From NCBI RefSeq assembly GCF_003790525.1, contig NZ_CP033635.1: a stretch of DNA of 64,000 bases; one strand, given 5' to 3'. This document shows, piece after piece, positions 20,421 through 33,518 of the stretch. Both the position numbers and the translations under genes were made by a program. How positions within the stretch are numbered: position 1 is the stretch's first letter; each line of letters opens with the position of its first letter. Below the pieces are notes generated by a model. That model made no database searches and was not told the DNA's origin. It was given only the letters and a program-made list of their open reading frames with translations. The DNA comes from Escherichia coli. GTDB lineage: Bacteria; Pseudomonadota; Gammaproteobacteria; Enterobacterales; Enterobacteriaceae.

Positions 20421-21338
20421 ATGTCTAAACGATTACCACCGCTAAATGCCTTACGAGTTTTTGATGCCGCAGCACGCCATTTAAGTTTCACTCGCGCAGC
20501 AGAAGAGCTTTTTGTGACCCAGGCCGCAGTAAGTCATCAAATCAAGTCTCTTGAGGATTTTTTGGGGCTAAAACTGTTCCGCCGCCGTAATCGTTCACTC
20601 CTGCTGACCGAGGAAGGGCAAAGCTATTTCCTCGATATCAAAGAGATATTTTCGCAATTAACCGAAGCGACGCGTAAACTCCAGGCCCGTAGCGCTAAGG
20701 GGGCGTTGACGGTCAGTTTACTCCCCAGTTTCGCCATTCATTGGTTGGTTCCGCGACTTTCCAGCTTTAATTCAGCTTATCCGGGAATTGACGTTCGAAT
20801 CCAGGCGGTTGATCGTCAGGAAGATAAGCTGGCGGATGATGTTGATGTGGCGATATTTTATGGTCGGGGCAACTGGCCGGGGCTACGGGTGGAAAAACTG
20901 TACGCCGAATATTTATTGCCGGTGTGCTCGCCGCTACTGCTGACTGGCGAAAAACCCTTGAAGACCCCGGAAGATCTGGCTAAACATACGTTATTACATG
21001 ATGCGTCACGCCGTGACTGGCAGACATATACCCGACAGTTGGGGTTAAATCATATCAACGTTCAGCAAGGGCCAATTTTTAGCCATAGCGCCATGGTGCT
21101 GCAAGCGGCTATCCACGGGCAGGGAGTGGCGCTGGCAAATAACGTGATGGCGCAATCTGAAATTGAAGCCGGACGTCTTGTTTGCCCGTTTAATGATGTT
21201 CTGGTCAGTAAAAACGCTTTTTATCTGGTTTGTCATGACAGCCAGGCAGAACTGGGTAAAATAGCCGCCTTTCGCCAATGGATCCTGGCGAAAGCCGCTG
21301 CTGAACAAGAAAAATTCCGCTTTCGTTATGAACAATAA
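20421..21338 (+). CDS. gcvA: LysR-family glycine cleavage system transcriptional regulator
   Basis: 305-aa ORF starting MSKRLPPLNALRVFDAAARHLSFTRAAEELFVTQAAVSHQIK (LysR helix-turn-helix), recognised as GcvA. Confidence 0.96.
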   Translation: MSKRLPPLNALRVFDAAARHLSFTRAAEELFVTQAAVSHQIKSLEDFLGLKLFRRRNRSLLLTEEGQSYFLDIKEIFSQLTEATRKLQARSAKGALTVSLLPSFAIHWLVPRLSSFNSAYPGIDVRIQAVDRQEDKLADDVDVAIFYGRGNWPGLRVEKLYAEYLLPVCSPLLLTGEKPLKTPEDLAKHTLLHDASRRDWQTYTRQLGLNHINVQQGPIFSHSAMVLQAAIHGQGVALANNVMAQSEIEAGRLVCPFNDVLVSKNAFYLVCHDSQAELGKIAAFRQWILAKAAAEQEKFRFRYEQ

Positions 21339-21356
21339 TTTACGTAGGGTACGACC

Positions 21357-21752
21357 ATGACCAGCCGTTTTATGCTGATTTTCGCCGCCATTAGCGGCTT
21401 CATTTTTGTGGCTCTGGGCGCTTTTGGCGCGCATGTGTTAAGTAAAACCATGGGGGCCGTTGAGATGGGCTGGATCCAGACCGGCCTCGAATACCAGGCG
21501 TTTCATACGCTGGCGATCTTAGGTCTGGCGGTGGCAATGCAGCGTCGCATCAGTATCTGGTTTTACTGGAGTAGCGTTTTCCTCGCGTTAGGCACGGTGC
21601 TGTTCAGCGGCAGCCTTTATTGCCTGGCGCTGTCCCATCTGCGTTTGTGGGCGTTTGTCACACCGGTTGGCGGTGTGAGCTTCCTTGCGGGCTGGGCGTT
21701 AATGTTAGTTGGTGCTATCCGTTTAAAGCGCAAGGGCGTAAGTCATGAATAA
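21357..21752 (+). CDS. ygdD: DUF423 inner-membrane protein
   Basis: 131-aa hydrophobic ORF in the syntenic position. It overlaps the rlmM start by 8 nt. Confidence 0.88.
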
Positions 21753-22845
21753 GGTTGTATTGCTGTGCCGTCCGGGCTTTGAAAAAGAGTGCGCCGCAGA
21801 AATTACCGATAAAGCCGGCCAGCGGGAAATTTTCGGTTTTGCCCGCGTGAAAGAGAATGCGGGTTATGTCATTTATGAATGTTATCAACCTGATGATGGC
21901 GATAAGTTAATCCGTGAGCTGCCGTTCAGTTCATTAATTTTTGCCCGCCAGTGGTTTGTGGTGGGGGAACTCCTGCAGCATTTGCCGCCTGAAGATCGTA
22001 TTACCCCCATTGTCGGTATGTTACAGGGCGTAGTAGAGAAGGGCGGTGAACTGCGTGTTGAAGTTGCCGATACCAACGAAAGCAAAGAGTTGCTGAAATT
22101 CTGCCGTAAATTCACCGTGCCGCTACGCGCTGCCTTGCGTGATGCGGGTGTGCTGGCGAACTATGAAACGCCGAAGCGTCCGGTTGTGCATGTATTCTTT
22201 ATTGCACCAGGCTGTTGCTATACCGGTTACTCATACAGCAACAATAATTCGCCGTTCTATATGGGCATTCCGCGCCTGAAATTTCCGGCAGATGCGCCGA
22301 GTCGTTCCACGCTCAAACTGGAAGAGGCATTTCATGTGTTTATTCCCGCGGATGAGTGGGATGAACGCCTGGCGAACGGGATGTGGGCGGTGGATTTGGG
22401 CGCTTGCCCAGGCGGCTGGACCTACCAACTGGTGAAGCGCAACATGTGGGTTTATTCCGTCGACAACGGCCCGATGGCGCAAAGTCTGATGGATACCGGG
22501 CAGGTAACGTGGCTGCGGGAAGACGGTTTCAAATTCCGTCCGACACGCAGCAATATCTCCTGGATGGTATGCGATATGGTTGAAAAACCGGCGAAAGTTG
22601 CGGCATTGATGGCGCAGTGGCTGGTTAATGGCTGGTGCCGTGAAACCATTTTCAACCTCAAACTGCCGATGAAAAAACGCTACGAAGAAGTGTCACACAA
22701 TCTGGCGTATATTCAGGCACAGCTTGATGAACATGGCATAAATGCTCAGATCCAGGCGCGGCAGTTGTATCACGATCGCGAAGAAGTGACGGTGCACGTC
22801 CGCCGTATCTGGGCTGCGGTGGGTGGTCGTCGCGACGAGCGATAA
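21745..22845 (+). CDS. rlmM: 23S rRNA 2'-O-ribose C2498 methyltransferase
   Basis: 366-aa ORF with an AdoMet-binding motif [10 protein letters not shown], recognised as RlmM (YgdE). Confidence 0.93.
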
Positions 22846-22888
22846 CAGGCAAGGCCGGGGCGTCGTCTCCGGCCTGCTACCCTTTCCG

Positions 22889-23620
22889 TCAGGCTGTTAC
22901 CAAAGAAGCCGCAACCTGGCGCTCATCAGAAATAATGTGCGTGACCTCATCCAGATGCCCGATGCGGGCTTCCCCTGAACGATTAAATTTACTTTTATCA
23001 ATCAATAACAACGATTGCGCGGCGCGTTTTAATAGCATTGATTTGTAATCAGCGTTGATGGCATTGGAGTCCCACAGTGCGCCGCTGCTATCGATCCCTT
23101 CACAAGAAAAAATAAACAGATCGATTTCCAGCGATTTAAGCTGGGAAATCAGCGAGGGATTGACGTAACAACCATATTTGCGCTCAAGTGTGCCGCCGGA
23201 ACTGATCAGTTGAATGCGTTCACGTTTACCGAGTTCATGGCAAATCGGATGGCTATTGGTGAAGACCTGGATGTTGATGTCAGGCAACTGGCGTGCCAGA
23301 TACCAGCAGGTTGAACTGGCGTCTAATGCTATTACCATCCCTTCTTCAATCCACGCGAGCGCCTCGCGCGCGATATCTGCTTTATGCGCATAATGGCTTT
23401 TCAACCGGATGTGAAAGGGATCGCCACTGTCTTGATTTTGACGGTGGATATATTTAGCGCGTCCATGATTGCGCAGAATTTTACCCTGCGTCTGTAATTC
23501 ATTGAGATCGCGACGAATGGTTTCTTTACTGACCTTTAGCTGTTCAGAGAGAGCTTCCGTGGTCAGGCTGGTATGGTTCAGCAGCAGGTCGACTATCGCT
23601 TGCTGGCGTGCCGCTTTCAT
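22889..23620 (-). CDS. fucR: DeoR-family L-fucose operon activator
   Basis: ORF 22889..23629. The recognised FucR starts MKAARQQAIVDLLLNHTSL and is 243 aa. Confidence 0.95.
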   Translation of the reverse strand: MKAARQQAIVDLLLNHTSLTTEALSEQLKVSKETIRRDLNELQTQGKILRNHGRAKYIHRQNQDSGDPFHIRLKSHYAHKADIAREALAWIEEGMVIALDASSTCWYLARQLPDINIQVFTNSHPICHELGKRERIQLISSGGTLERKYGCYVNPSLISQLKSLEIDLFIFSCEGIDSSGALWDSNAINADYKSMLLKRAAQSLLLIDKSKFNRSGEARIGHLDEVTHIISDERQVAASLVTA

Positions 23621-23677
23621 ATTTTTCACCCCATCATTCGATAACCGCCCGCGTCATGCGGGCGTACCGGTATGAGA

Positions 23678-24100
23678 TTACGGTGTTACCCCTTTTTTTA
23701 AAAGAATATTCCCGTACTTCGCTCGTTCGCCTGTGATAACGATCGCAAAGGCTTTTTGCGCCCGTTCATAAAACGCAAAACGATTGATGCGGATGATGTC
23801 AGGACAGGGGGCTTGTAGTGAAAGCGCATTACGATAACGTCGTTCTACTTCAGGATCGAGAGTGTCACCTTCTACCGCCGCCATCATCACCAGCGGCGGT
23901 GCATAACTGTCCAGTTCAAATAACGGGATAATCGCCTGGAGCAAGTCACTCACCAACAGGCCATCAGCGCGGATCACCTGCGGTCCCATCGAATGGGCGG
24001 GAAAGTGAGCATCGGAAAAAATAATTTCATCTCCATGTCCCATCTCTGCCAGCACTTTCAATAGTTCGGGAGAAATTAACGGCGAAATTGTTTTCAGCAT
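23678..24100 (-). CDS. fucU: L-fucose mutarotase
   Basis: 140-aa ORF starting [26 protein letters not shown], recognised as FucU. Confidence 0.95.
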
Positions 24101-24101
24101 T

Positions 24102-25520
24102 TCACACTTCCTCTATAAATTCAGGTTCAGTTTGCGGGTAGAAATAACGGTACTGATAATGAATCTGCGCGCGGGCTTCTTCCGGGCTGTTAAATTCCCC
24201 TACGCCATACCAACCGAACAGCGCAGCTCCTGCGACGGTCGTTTCTGCGTCGTCGAGAACTTTTACCGGAATATCAAGCATATTGGCTTTAATCTGATTC
24301 CACAATGTGTTGCGACTTCCTCCGCCAACTAACAATAATTCAGAGGCTTTAAAGTGCCCGATTTTTTCCAGCATCTGTAGATTGCGCTGTAATTGCGTGG
24401 TTAACCCTTCCAGCGCCGCGCGATAGAAATGCCCCCGCGTGGTATTAAGCGTCACTCCTTGCCAGCCAGCGTTCTGACACGACAATAAATCACACTGCAT
24501 TTTCACTCCATCTGCGCCAGGAGCGATCAGACGAGCTTCTTCAATCAACATTTGCCAGGGAGTTTCAGCCGTCCAGAACAGTTTTCTCACCCATTCCAGC
24601 ACGCCGGATGCCAGCCATTGCATACCTGGGTTATACAACCCTGCCTGGCTATCCAGTTCGCAGGTAGAACCGGCGTACTGACTTAACAGCGAAGTATCAA
24701 CCTGGGCGCTGCGGACCATTAAAATTTCCCATGTACCGGAAGAGAGCACGGGTTCATTTTGTTCGGCACCAGCGCCAAAAAGGGCGAACTGGGTATCGTG
24801 ACCTGCGGAAATCACCGGTATGCCAACGGGTAAGCCGAGCATTGCTGCGGCGCTGTTCTGTAGCGTACCAATCTGTTCACCCGCTTCCACCAGACGAGGG
24901 AAGAGTCGGCGTGGAATACCGGTGGCTTGTAAAATTTGCGGACTGAAATCGCGTTGCTGGATATCCAGCATCTGGCTGGTTCCGGCCATCGTAATATCAG
25001 TAGTGAATTCGCCGGTTAAACGGTGGTTAATCAGCGACGAAATAAAGAGCCAGGCGTGCGCGCGTTCCAGCAGTTGTGGATGATTTTCTTTCAACCACAC
25101 CAACTTATATAACGTATTGAAACTAAAGGCTCCGACTCCAGAAATAGCCTGCAACTGCTGTGCGGAGATCAACCGTTCAATATTGTCCATTACCGCGGCT
25201 GTTCGCGGACATTTCCAGCTAATGATCGGATAGAGCAGATTGCCTTGCTTATCTACCAGAGCGCCATCCACACCAAAGGTGGTGACGGCGATACCGCGGA
25301 TGTGGCAATCAGTCAGTTCACTATTGATTTGCCGACAGCAATCAGCAAAGCGTTGCAAAATGGCGTCTAAAGACCACTGGTGCCAGGTGTTGTTTTCCAT
25401 CGCGATATCGCTGGCATTAGGCGTTGAGGCGCGGGCAACAATTTTTCCCTGCCGATTAACCGCGATGGCCCTGACATTGGTCGCGCCACAGTCGAGTACC
25501 AGGATAACTTCTTGTTTCAT
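24102..25520 (-). CDS. fucK: L-fuculokinase
   Basis: ORF 24102..25550. ATG 25520 ([18 protein letters not shown]) is preceded by an aggagcg RBS. FGGY kinase family, recognised as FucK. Confidence 0.93.
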
Positions 25521-25628
25521 AATCGCTCCTGCAATATAGCCGGATAACATTGCTTATCCGGCTAACCACTCTTGCTTGTTCAGGCCCGGTAGCCGGAGCG
25601 ACCGGGCATCACATCAGGGAGTAATGTA

Positions 25629-27404
25629 TTAACGCTTGTACAACGGGCCGTAGTTCTGGCAAGCGCGGTAATCCTGGCCTTCAATATCCATGCCGTGCGC
25701 GGCCCAGGCAGAAGGACGATACACTTTGGTCTCTTCAACGTTGTGCATACATACCGGGATACGCAGCATGGAGGCAAGAGTGATAAAGTCTGCGCCAACG
25801 TGGCCGATGGTCAGAACCCCGTGGTTAGCGCCCCAGTTCGCCATTACCGAGTACACATCCGTAAACGGCCCTTTACCGGTGAGGCGCGGTGCAAACCAGG
25901 TGGTTGGCCAGGTTGAGTTGGTGCGTTTGTTGAGGATGTCATGCACATCCTTCGGCAATTCCACGCTCCAGCCTTCCGCGATTTGCAGTACCGGTCCCAG
26001 GCCTTTGATGATGTTGACACGAGTCATGGTGAACGGGACGCCGCCTTCGGTAAGGAAGCGGGAAGAGTAACCGCCGCCACGGAAGTATTCGTGGATCGCC
26101 GGGCACCATTCGGTAGCGGCGAGGCAAGCGTCAGCCTCTTGCTGAGAGATTTCCCAGTGCGGCTTCATCGTCGGGTTACCTTCGCTGTCGCGTTGTTTAC
26201 AGGAACCGTCCAGCGCAGCAGAACCGGAGTTGATCAAATGGATGATGCCGTGTTCTGCCAGTCCATCGAGTTTATGCCCCGTTACACGCTCAATTGCTTC
26301 TGGTGACCAGTAGGTACGCACATCGGCAAATACCTGAGCGGTGCCGGTGAGTTGGTGACCCATTAGCATTGCCACGCCGTTAAGACTGTCGTTTTCGGTC
26401 GCCACGACAAAGGGTTCGCGCACGCCATTCCAGTCAAATGAACTGTTGAGGAGCGCTTCGGCGGTGTCACCATTGGGATATTGATCGGTCCAGTGGCGTT
26501 GTCCCTGGAAGCCCGCAGCGATGGCGTTGTAGCCAAGTGATTCTTCCACGCGACCAATATCGGCCAGTTTGCTGTTGCCTTGCATCATGTCGCGGATACA
26601 CATCGCCATCAGTAAACTTTCGCGCAGAACTGCGCGGCTTTGCTCGGCATTGCGTTGATACTGTTTGTTATTTTCATCTTCGCCATAACGGAAGTTTTTA
26701 TCAGCCCAGGCCAGCGCCATTTCCAGTTCGGCTTCGTCGTAAATCTTCTGATCGATACGGCGACGCAGTTCGGTCATATCCACCGCCTGGACTTTCATTC
26801 CCAGCCAGGATTCAAAGAAGTTGTGATCAACAATAGAACCGGCGATACCCATCGAAACGCCGCCCAGCGACAGATAGCTTTTACCTTTCATGCTGGCGAC
26901 GGCCAAACCGGCGCGGGCAAAGCGCAGCAGTTTTTCTTCAACATCAGCAGGAATCGATGTGTCATCGGCATCCTGAACGTCATGACCGTAAATGGAGAAT
27001 GCCGGGATGCCTTTCTGGCTGTGAGCTGCCAGAGCCGCTGCCAGGTAAACAGCGCCGGGACGTTCGGTGCCGTTAAAGCCCCAAATGGCTTTCGGGCGGG
27101 TTGGATCCATGTCGATGGTTTCACTGCCATAGCACCAGCAAGGGGTTACCGTAATGGTGAGGCCTACATTCTGACTGCTGAATTTTTCTTCGCAAGCAGC
27201 GGCTTCAGCCATACCCGCGATACAGGTATCGGAAATGACACACTCGACGGCAGCTCCACAGGCATGGCGCAGTTTCTCGGTCAGCAGTGCGGCCGTGGCT
27301 TTCGCCATATTCATTGTTTGTTCTTCAAGCGACTCACGAACACCCATGCGACGACCGTCAATAACCGGGCGGATACCAATTTTCGGTAAGCTGATTTTTT
27401 TCAT
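25629..27404 (-). CDS. fucI: L-fucose isomerase
   Basis: 591-aa ORF starting [35 protein letters not shown], recognised as FucI. Confidence 0.97.
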   Translation of the reverse strand: MKKISLPKIGIRPVIDGRRMGVRESLEEQTMNMAKATAALLTEKLRHACGAAVECVISDTCIAGMAEAAACEEKFSSQNVGLTITVTPCWCYGSETIDMDPTRPKAIWGFNGTERPGAVYLAAALAAHSQKGIPAFSIYGHDVQDADDTSIPADVEEKLLRFARAGLAVASMKGKSYLSLGGVSMGIAGSIVDHNFFESWLGMKVQAVDMTELRRRIDQKIYDEAELEMALAWADKNFRYGEDENNKQYQRNAEQSRAVLRESLLMAMCIRDMMQGNSKLADIGRVEESLGYNAIAAGFQGQRHWTDQYPNGDTAEALLNSSFDWNGVREPFVVATENDSLNGVAMLMGHQLTGTAQVFADVRTYWSPEAIERVTGHKLDGLAEHGIIHLINSGSAALDGSCKQRDSEGNPTMKPHWEISQQEADACLAATEWCPAIHEYFRGGGYSSRFLTEGGVPFTMTRVNIIKGLGPVLQIAEGWSVELPKDVHDILNKRTNSTWPTTWFAPRLTGKGPFTDVYSVMANWGANHGVLTIGHVGADFITLASMLRIPVCMHNVEETKVYRPSAWAAHGMDIEGQDYRACQNYGPLYKR

Positions 27405-27436
27405 TACAGATTCCTCACTTTATTCGGAAAATATGT

Positions 27437-28753
27437 TCAGTTAGTTGCCGTTTGAGAACGGAAACGGGCAAAGATAAAGATGACTGCGAAGCAGAGTGCG
27501 GGGATCAGTTCAGCTGTGGGGATGTTGCCCGCAGCGTCACTGACAAAACCCATGACCGGAGTGACAATACCGCCGCCAATAATGGTCATAACGATGAAGG
27601 ACGAACCGTATTTGGTGTCCTGGCCGAGATTCTTAATGCCCAGCGAGAAGATTGTTGGGTACTGAATCGACATAAAGGCACTGCATAAAGTCAGGGCTAT
27701 TAAACCCACATGACCGCCAGCGAAGGCTGAGATCAGGCACAGTGCCATAGCAATTAATGCGTAGGCTGCCAGGACTTTGTGTGGTGCGAAGCGACTGATG
27801 AGCCAGGTACCGGTGAAACGACCAATAAAGAAGCACACCATGGTTCCGGTTAAATAGTTAGCGGCAAAGCCTGCTGTCATACCTGGAATTTCTTCTACAG
27901 CGTAGCGAATTAAATAGCTCCAGCAGGCCGTTTGTGCGCCAACGTAGCAGAATTGCGCTAATACTGCCCAGCGCCAGTGGCGAATACGCGCCAGGCGAGA
28001 AAGCGATGCGGAGAACGATCCTTGTTTGGCGTCACTGTGATTATCACTCTGCAATGCCGGGAATTTCGTCAGCATGATCAGCAGGGCGACCAGTAACACG
28101 ATAGCCACGATGATCATATAAGGTGTCTGTACCGATAATACCAGGCTGTGTTTATACGCACTCAATTGCTCTGGAGACATTTTATCGAGAACGTCTTGCG
28201 ATTGATGTGGCACGTTAGACAAAATAAGACTTTGCCCAAAGACAACCGCGATAATTGCGCCAAATGAGTTAAATGTTTGCGCAAGATTTAAGCGGAAGTG
28301 ACCACTGCTTTCCGGCCCTAATACCGTAACAAAAGGGTTTGCGGCAGTTTCCAGACAACCTAATCCGGCTGCAATAATAAATAGGCCAACTAAAAACAAG
28401 GTGTAGTTCATTATTTCTGCGGCGGGCCAGAATAATGCAGCGCCGAAGGCATATAAAAACAATCCGGTAATAATCCCTGCTTTATAACTGAGTTTTTTCA
28501 TCAATATCCCGGCAGGGATTGGGATAATGAAATAACCAAAGTAAAAGGCCGATTGGATCAGGCCAGCCTGGAAATTTGTCAGCGTAAAAGCCTGCTGGAA
28601 TTGAGGCAATAAAATGTCGTTAAGGTTATTGGCTACCGCCCAAAGAAAAAACAGTGAGCACAGCAGTGCAAATGGAATAATGTAACTTCTGCTTTGCCCT
28701 GCATCTTTATCTACCGCACGGTAACTCTGCGTTTGTATTGATGTGTTTCCCAT
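27437..28753 (-). CDS. fucP: L-fucose:H+ symporter (MFS)
   Basis: 438-aa polytopic ORF starting MGNTSIQTQSYRAVDKDAGQSRSYIIPFALL, recognised as FucP. Confidence 0.97.
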   Translation of the reverse strand: MGNTSIQTQSYRAVDKDAGQSRSYIIPFALLCSLFFLWAVANNLNDILLPQFQQAFTLTNFQAGLIQSAFYFGYFIIPIPAGILMKKLSYKAGIITGLFLYAFGAALFWPAAEIMNYTLFLVGLFIIAAGLGCLETAANPFVTVLGPESSGHFRLNLAQTFNSFGAIIAVVFGQSLILSNVPHQSQDVLDKMSPEQLSAYKHSLVLSVQTPYMIIVAIVLLVALLIMLTKFPALQSDNHSDAKQGSFSASLSRLARIRHWRWAVLAQFCYVGAQTACWSYLIRYAVEEIPGMTAGFAANYLTGTMVCFFIGRFTGTWLISRFAPHKVLAAYALIAMALCLISAFAGGHVGLIALTLCSAFMSIQYPTIFSLGIKNLGQDTKYGSSFIVMTIIGGGIVTPVMGFVSDAAGNIPTAELIPALCFAVIFIFARFRSQTATN

Positions 28754-28938
28754 AGCATCCTCTTAGGTTCAGAAGCTTAAGCACGTAATCGGTTATGTTT
28801 TCAAAAGTGCAAAACCAGCGAGTTCGGGCTTCATATCAGTAAATATTTGCCTGTCTGAAATGAACTCATGGATTCATTTTCAAATAAAAAACGCTCTGTA
28901 ATATGACGGCGGTCACACTTATTAGCCGGAAGGTGACT

Positions 28939-28960
28939 TTATGTGACTACCATCACTTTA
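28939..28960. promoter_or_regulatory. Putative CRP site in the divergent fucPIKUR / fucAO control region
   Basis: TGTGActaccaTCACt matches TGTGA-N6-TCACA at 9 of 10 core positions. The fuc regulon is known to be cAMP-CRP dependent. Confidence 0.45.
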
Positions 28961-29070
28961 ATAATCGAAATTTCATGCCCGTTTCAGAAAATAAATCATA
29001 AAAAACACAAACCAGATGACCGTATTAATTGTTTGTGCCGAAAACGGGCATTCCTGGCAGGGAAGAGTAG

Positions 29071-29114
29071 AAAAATGACCGTTTTGATAAATATTTTTAA
29101 GAGCGGTCATTTTT
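29071..29114. promoter_or_regulatory. Perfect 11-bp-arm inverted repeat in the fuc control region (candidate operator)
   Basis: aaaaatgaccg (29071-29081) ... cggtcattttt (29104-29114) with a 22-bp A/T-rich spacer. A third ATGACCG copy lies at 29016-29022. Confidence 0.4.
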
Positions 29115-29299
29115 AATGGGGTTATAAAAAGAGAAATTGCAGTTATTTACTGTGATTAGTTGAACCAGGTCACAAAATATAAGCTTGTGAATTTCTTTCT
29201 GGTTAATCAGGAAGAATATGGTGAGTAATTAAACGGCTAATTCAATAGTGTGAAAGGAACAACATTATTGCCCTGTTTTGAATCAGAGAGAGGTAGCTA

Positions 29300-29947
29300 A
29301 TGGAACGAAATAAACTTGCTCGTCAGATTATTGACACTTGCCTGGAAATGACTCGCCTGGGGCTGAACCAGGGGACAGCGGGTAACGTCAGTGTACGTTA
29401 TCAGGATGGGATGCTGATTACGCCTACAGGTATTCCATATGAAAAACTGACGGAGTCGCATATTGTCTTTATTGATGGCAACGGCAAACATGAGGAAGGA
29501 AAACTCCCCTCAAGCGAGTGGCGTTTCCATATGGCGGCCTATCAAAGCAGACCGGATGCCAACGCGGTTGTTCACAATCATGCCGTTCATTGTACGGCAG
29601 TTTCCATTCTTAACCGACCGATCCCCGCTATTCACTACATGATTGCGGCGGCTGGCGGTAATTCTATTCCTTGCGCGCCTTATGCGACCTTTGGAACACG
29701 CGAACTTTCTGAACATGTTGCGCTGGCTCTCAAAATTCGTAAGGCAACTTTGTTACAACATCATGGGCTTATCGCTTGTGAGGCGAATCTGGAGAAAGCG
29801 TTATGGCTGGCGCATGAAGTTGAAGTGCTGGCACAACTTTACCTGACGACCCTGGCGATTACGGACCCGGTGCCAGTGCTGAGCGATGAAGAGATTGCCG
29901 TAGTGCTGGAGAAATTCAAAACCTACGGGTTACGGATTGAAGAGTAA
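29300..29947 (+). CDS. fucA: L-fuculose-1-phosphate aldolase
   Basis: 215-aa ORF starting MERNKLARQIIDTCLEMTRLGLNQGTAGNVSVRY, recognised as FucA. Confidence 0.97.
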   Translation: MERNKLARQIIDTCLEMTRLGLNQGTAGNVSVRYQDGMLITPTGIPYEKLTESHIVFIDGNGKHEEGKLPSSEWRFHMAAYQSRPDANAVVHNHAVHCTAVSILNRPIPAIHYMIAAAGGNSIPCAPYATFGTRELSEHVALALKIRKATLLQHHGLIACEANLEKALWLAHEVEVLAQLYLTTLAITDPVPVLSDEEIAVVLEKFKTYGLRIEE

Positions 29948-29974
29948 TTTCGTAAAGCAACAAGGAGAAGGATG

Positions 29975-31123
29975 ATGGCTAACAGAATGATTCTGAACGA
30001 AACGGCATGGTTTGGTCGGGGTGCTGTTGGGGCTTTAACCGATGAGGTGAAACGCCGTGGTTATCAGAAGGCGCTGATCGTCACCGATAAAACGCTGGTG
30101 CAATGCGGCGTGGTGGCGAAAGTGACCGATAAGATGGATGCTGCAGGGCTGGCATGGGCGATTTACGACGGCGTAGTGCCCAACCCAACAATTACTGTCG
30201 TCAAAGAAGGGCTCGGTGTATTCCAGAATAGCGGCGCGGATTACCTGATCGCTATTGGTGGCGGTTCTCCACAGGATACGTGTAAAGCGATTGGCATTAT
30301 CAGCAACAATCCGGAGTTTGCCGATGTGCGTAGCCTGGAAGGGCTTTCCCCGACCAATAAACCCAGTGTACCGATTCTGGCAATCCCCACCACAGCAGGT
30401 ACTGCGGCAGAAGTGACCATTAACTACGTGATCACTGACGAAGAAAAACGGCGCAAGTTTGTTTGCGTTGATCCGCATGATATCCCGCAGGTGGCGTTTA
30501 TTGACGCTGACATGATGGATGGTATGCCTCCAGCGCTGAAAGCCGCGACGGGTGTCGATGCGCTCACTCATGCTATTGAGGGGTATATTACCCGTGGCGC
30601 GTGGGCGCTAACCGATGCACTGCACATTAAAGCGATTGAAATCATTGCTGGGGCGCTGCGAGGATCGGTTGCTGGTGATAAGGATGCCGGAGAAGAAATG
30701 GCGCTCGGGCAGTATGTTGCGGGTATGGGCTTCTCGAATGTTGGGTTAGGGTTGGTGCATGGTATGGCGCATCCACTGGGCGCGTTTTACAACACGCCAC
30801 ACGGTGTTGCGAACGCCATCCTGTTACCGCATGTCATGCGCTATAACGCTGACTTTACCGGTGAGAAGTACCGCGATATCGCGCGCGTTATGGGCCTGAA
30901 AGTGGAAGGTATGAGCCTGGAAGAGGCGCGTAATGCCGCTGTTGAAGCGGTGTTTGCTCTCAACCGTGATGTCGGTATTCCGCCACATTTACGTGATGTT
31001 GGTGTACGCAAGGAAGACATTCCGGCACTGGCGCAGGCGGCACTGGATGATGTTTGTACCGGTGGCAACCCGCGTGAAGCAACGCTTGAGGATATTGTAG
31101 AGCTTTACCATACCGCCTGGTAA
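29975..31123 (+). CDS. fucO: L-1,2-propanediol oxidoreductase (lactaldehyde reductase, Fe-ADH)
   Basis: ORF 29972..31123 (MMANRMILNE...), recognised as FucO. The start is either of two adjacent ATGs. Confidence 0.96.
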   Translation: MANRMILNETAWFGRGAVGALTDEVKRRGYQKALIVTDKTLVQCGVVAKVTDKMDAAGLAWAIYDGVVPNPTITVVKEGLGVFQNSGADYLIAIGGGSPQDTCKAIGIISNNPEFADVRSLEGLSPTNKPSVPILAIPTTAGTAAEVTINYVITDEEKRRKFVCVDPHDIPQVAFIDADMMDGMPPALKAATGVDALTHAIEGYITRGAWALTDALHIKAIEIIAGALRGSVAGDKDAGEEMALGQYVAGMGFSNVGLGLVHGMAHPLGAFYNTPHGVANAILLPHVMRYNADFTGEKYRDIARVMGLKVEGMSLEEARNAAVEAVFALNRDVGIPPHLRDVGVRKEDIPALAQAALDDVCTGGNPREATLEDIVELYHTAW

Positions 31124-31140
31124 ATGCGCTGATGTGATAA

Positions 31141-31175
31141 TGCCGGATGCGACGCTAGCCGTGTCTTATCCGGCA
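31141..31175. repeat. REP element downstream of fucO
   Basis: tgccggatgcgacgctagccgtgtcttatccggca matches the canonical REP sequence. Confidence 0.75.
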
Positions 31176-31227
31176 TATAAGTGCATTAAATTCAATGTGT
31201 TGATAATCGTTTGCATCCGGCACGCCG

Positions 31228-33461
<2,234 letters not shown>

Positions 33462-33518
33462 AGGAAATACATCGCGTTAAAACGGAGGAAGCGCCGCCCG
33501 AAAGCGGCGCGAAAGGAC

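Noticed and set aside
25538-25606. Two stem-loops in the fucI-fucK intercistronic region (agccggataa...ttatccggct and gcccggt...accgggc).
   Set aside because: These are real hairpins, but they are consistent with ordinary REP-like or intercistronic mRNA-stabilising structures. There is nothing to suggest a distinct element.
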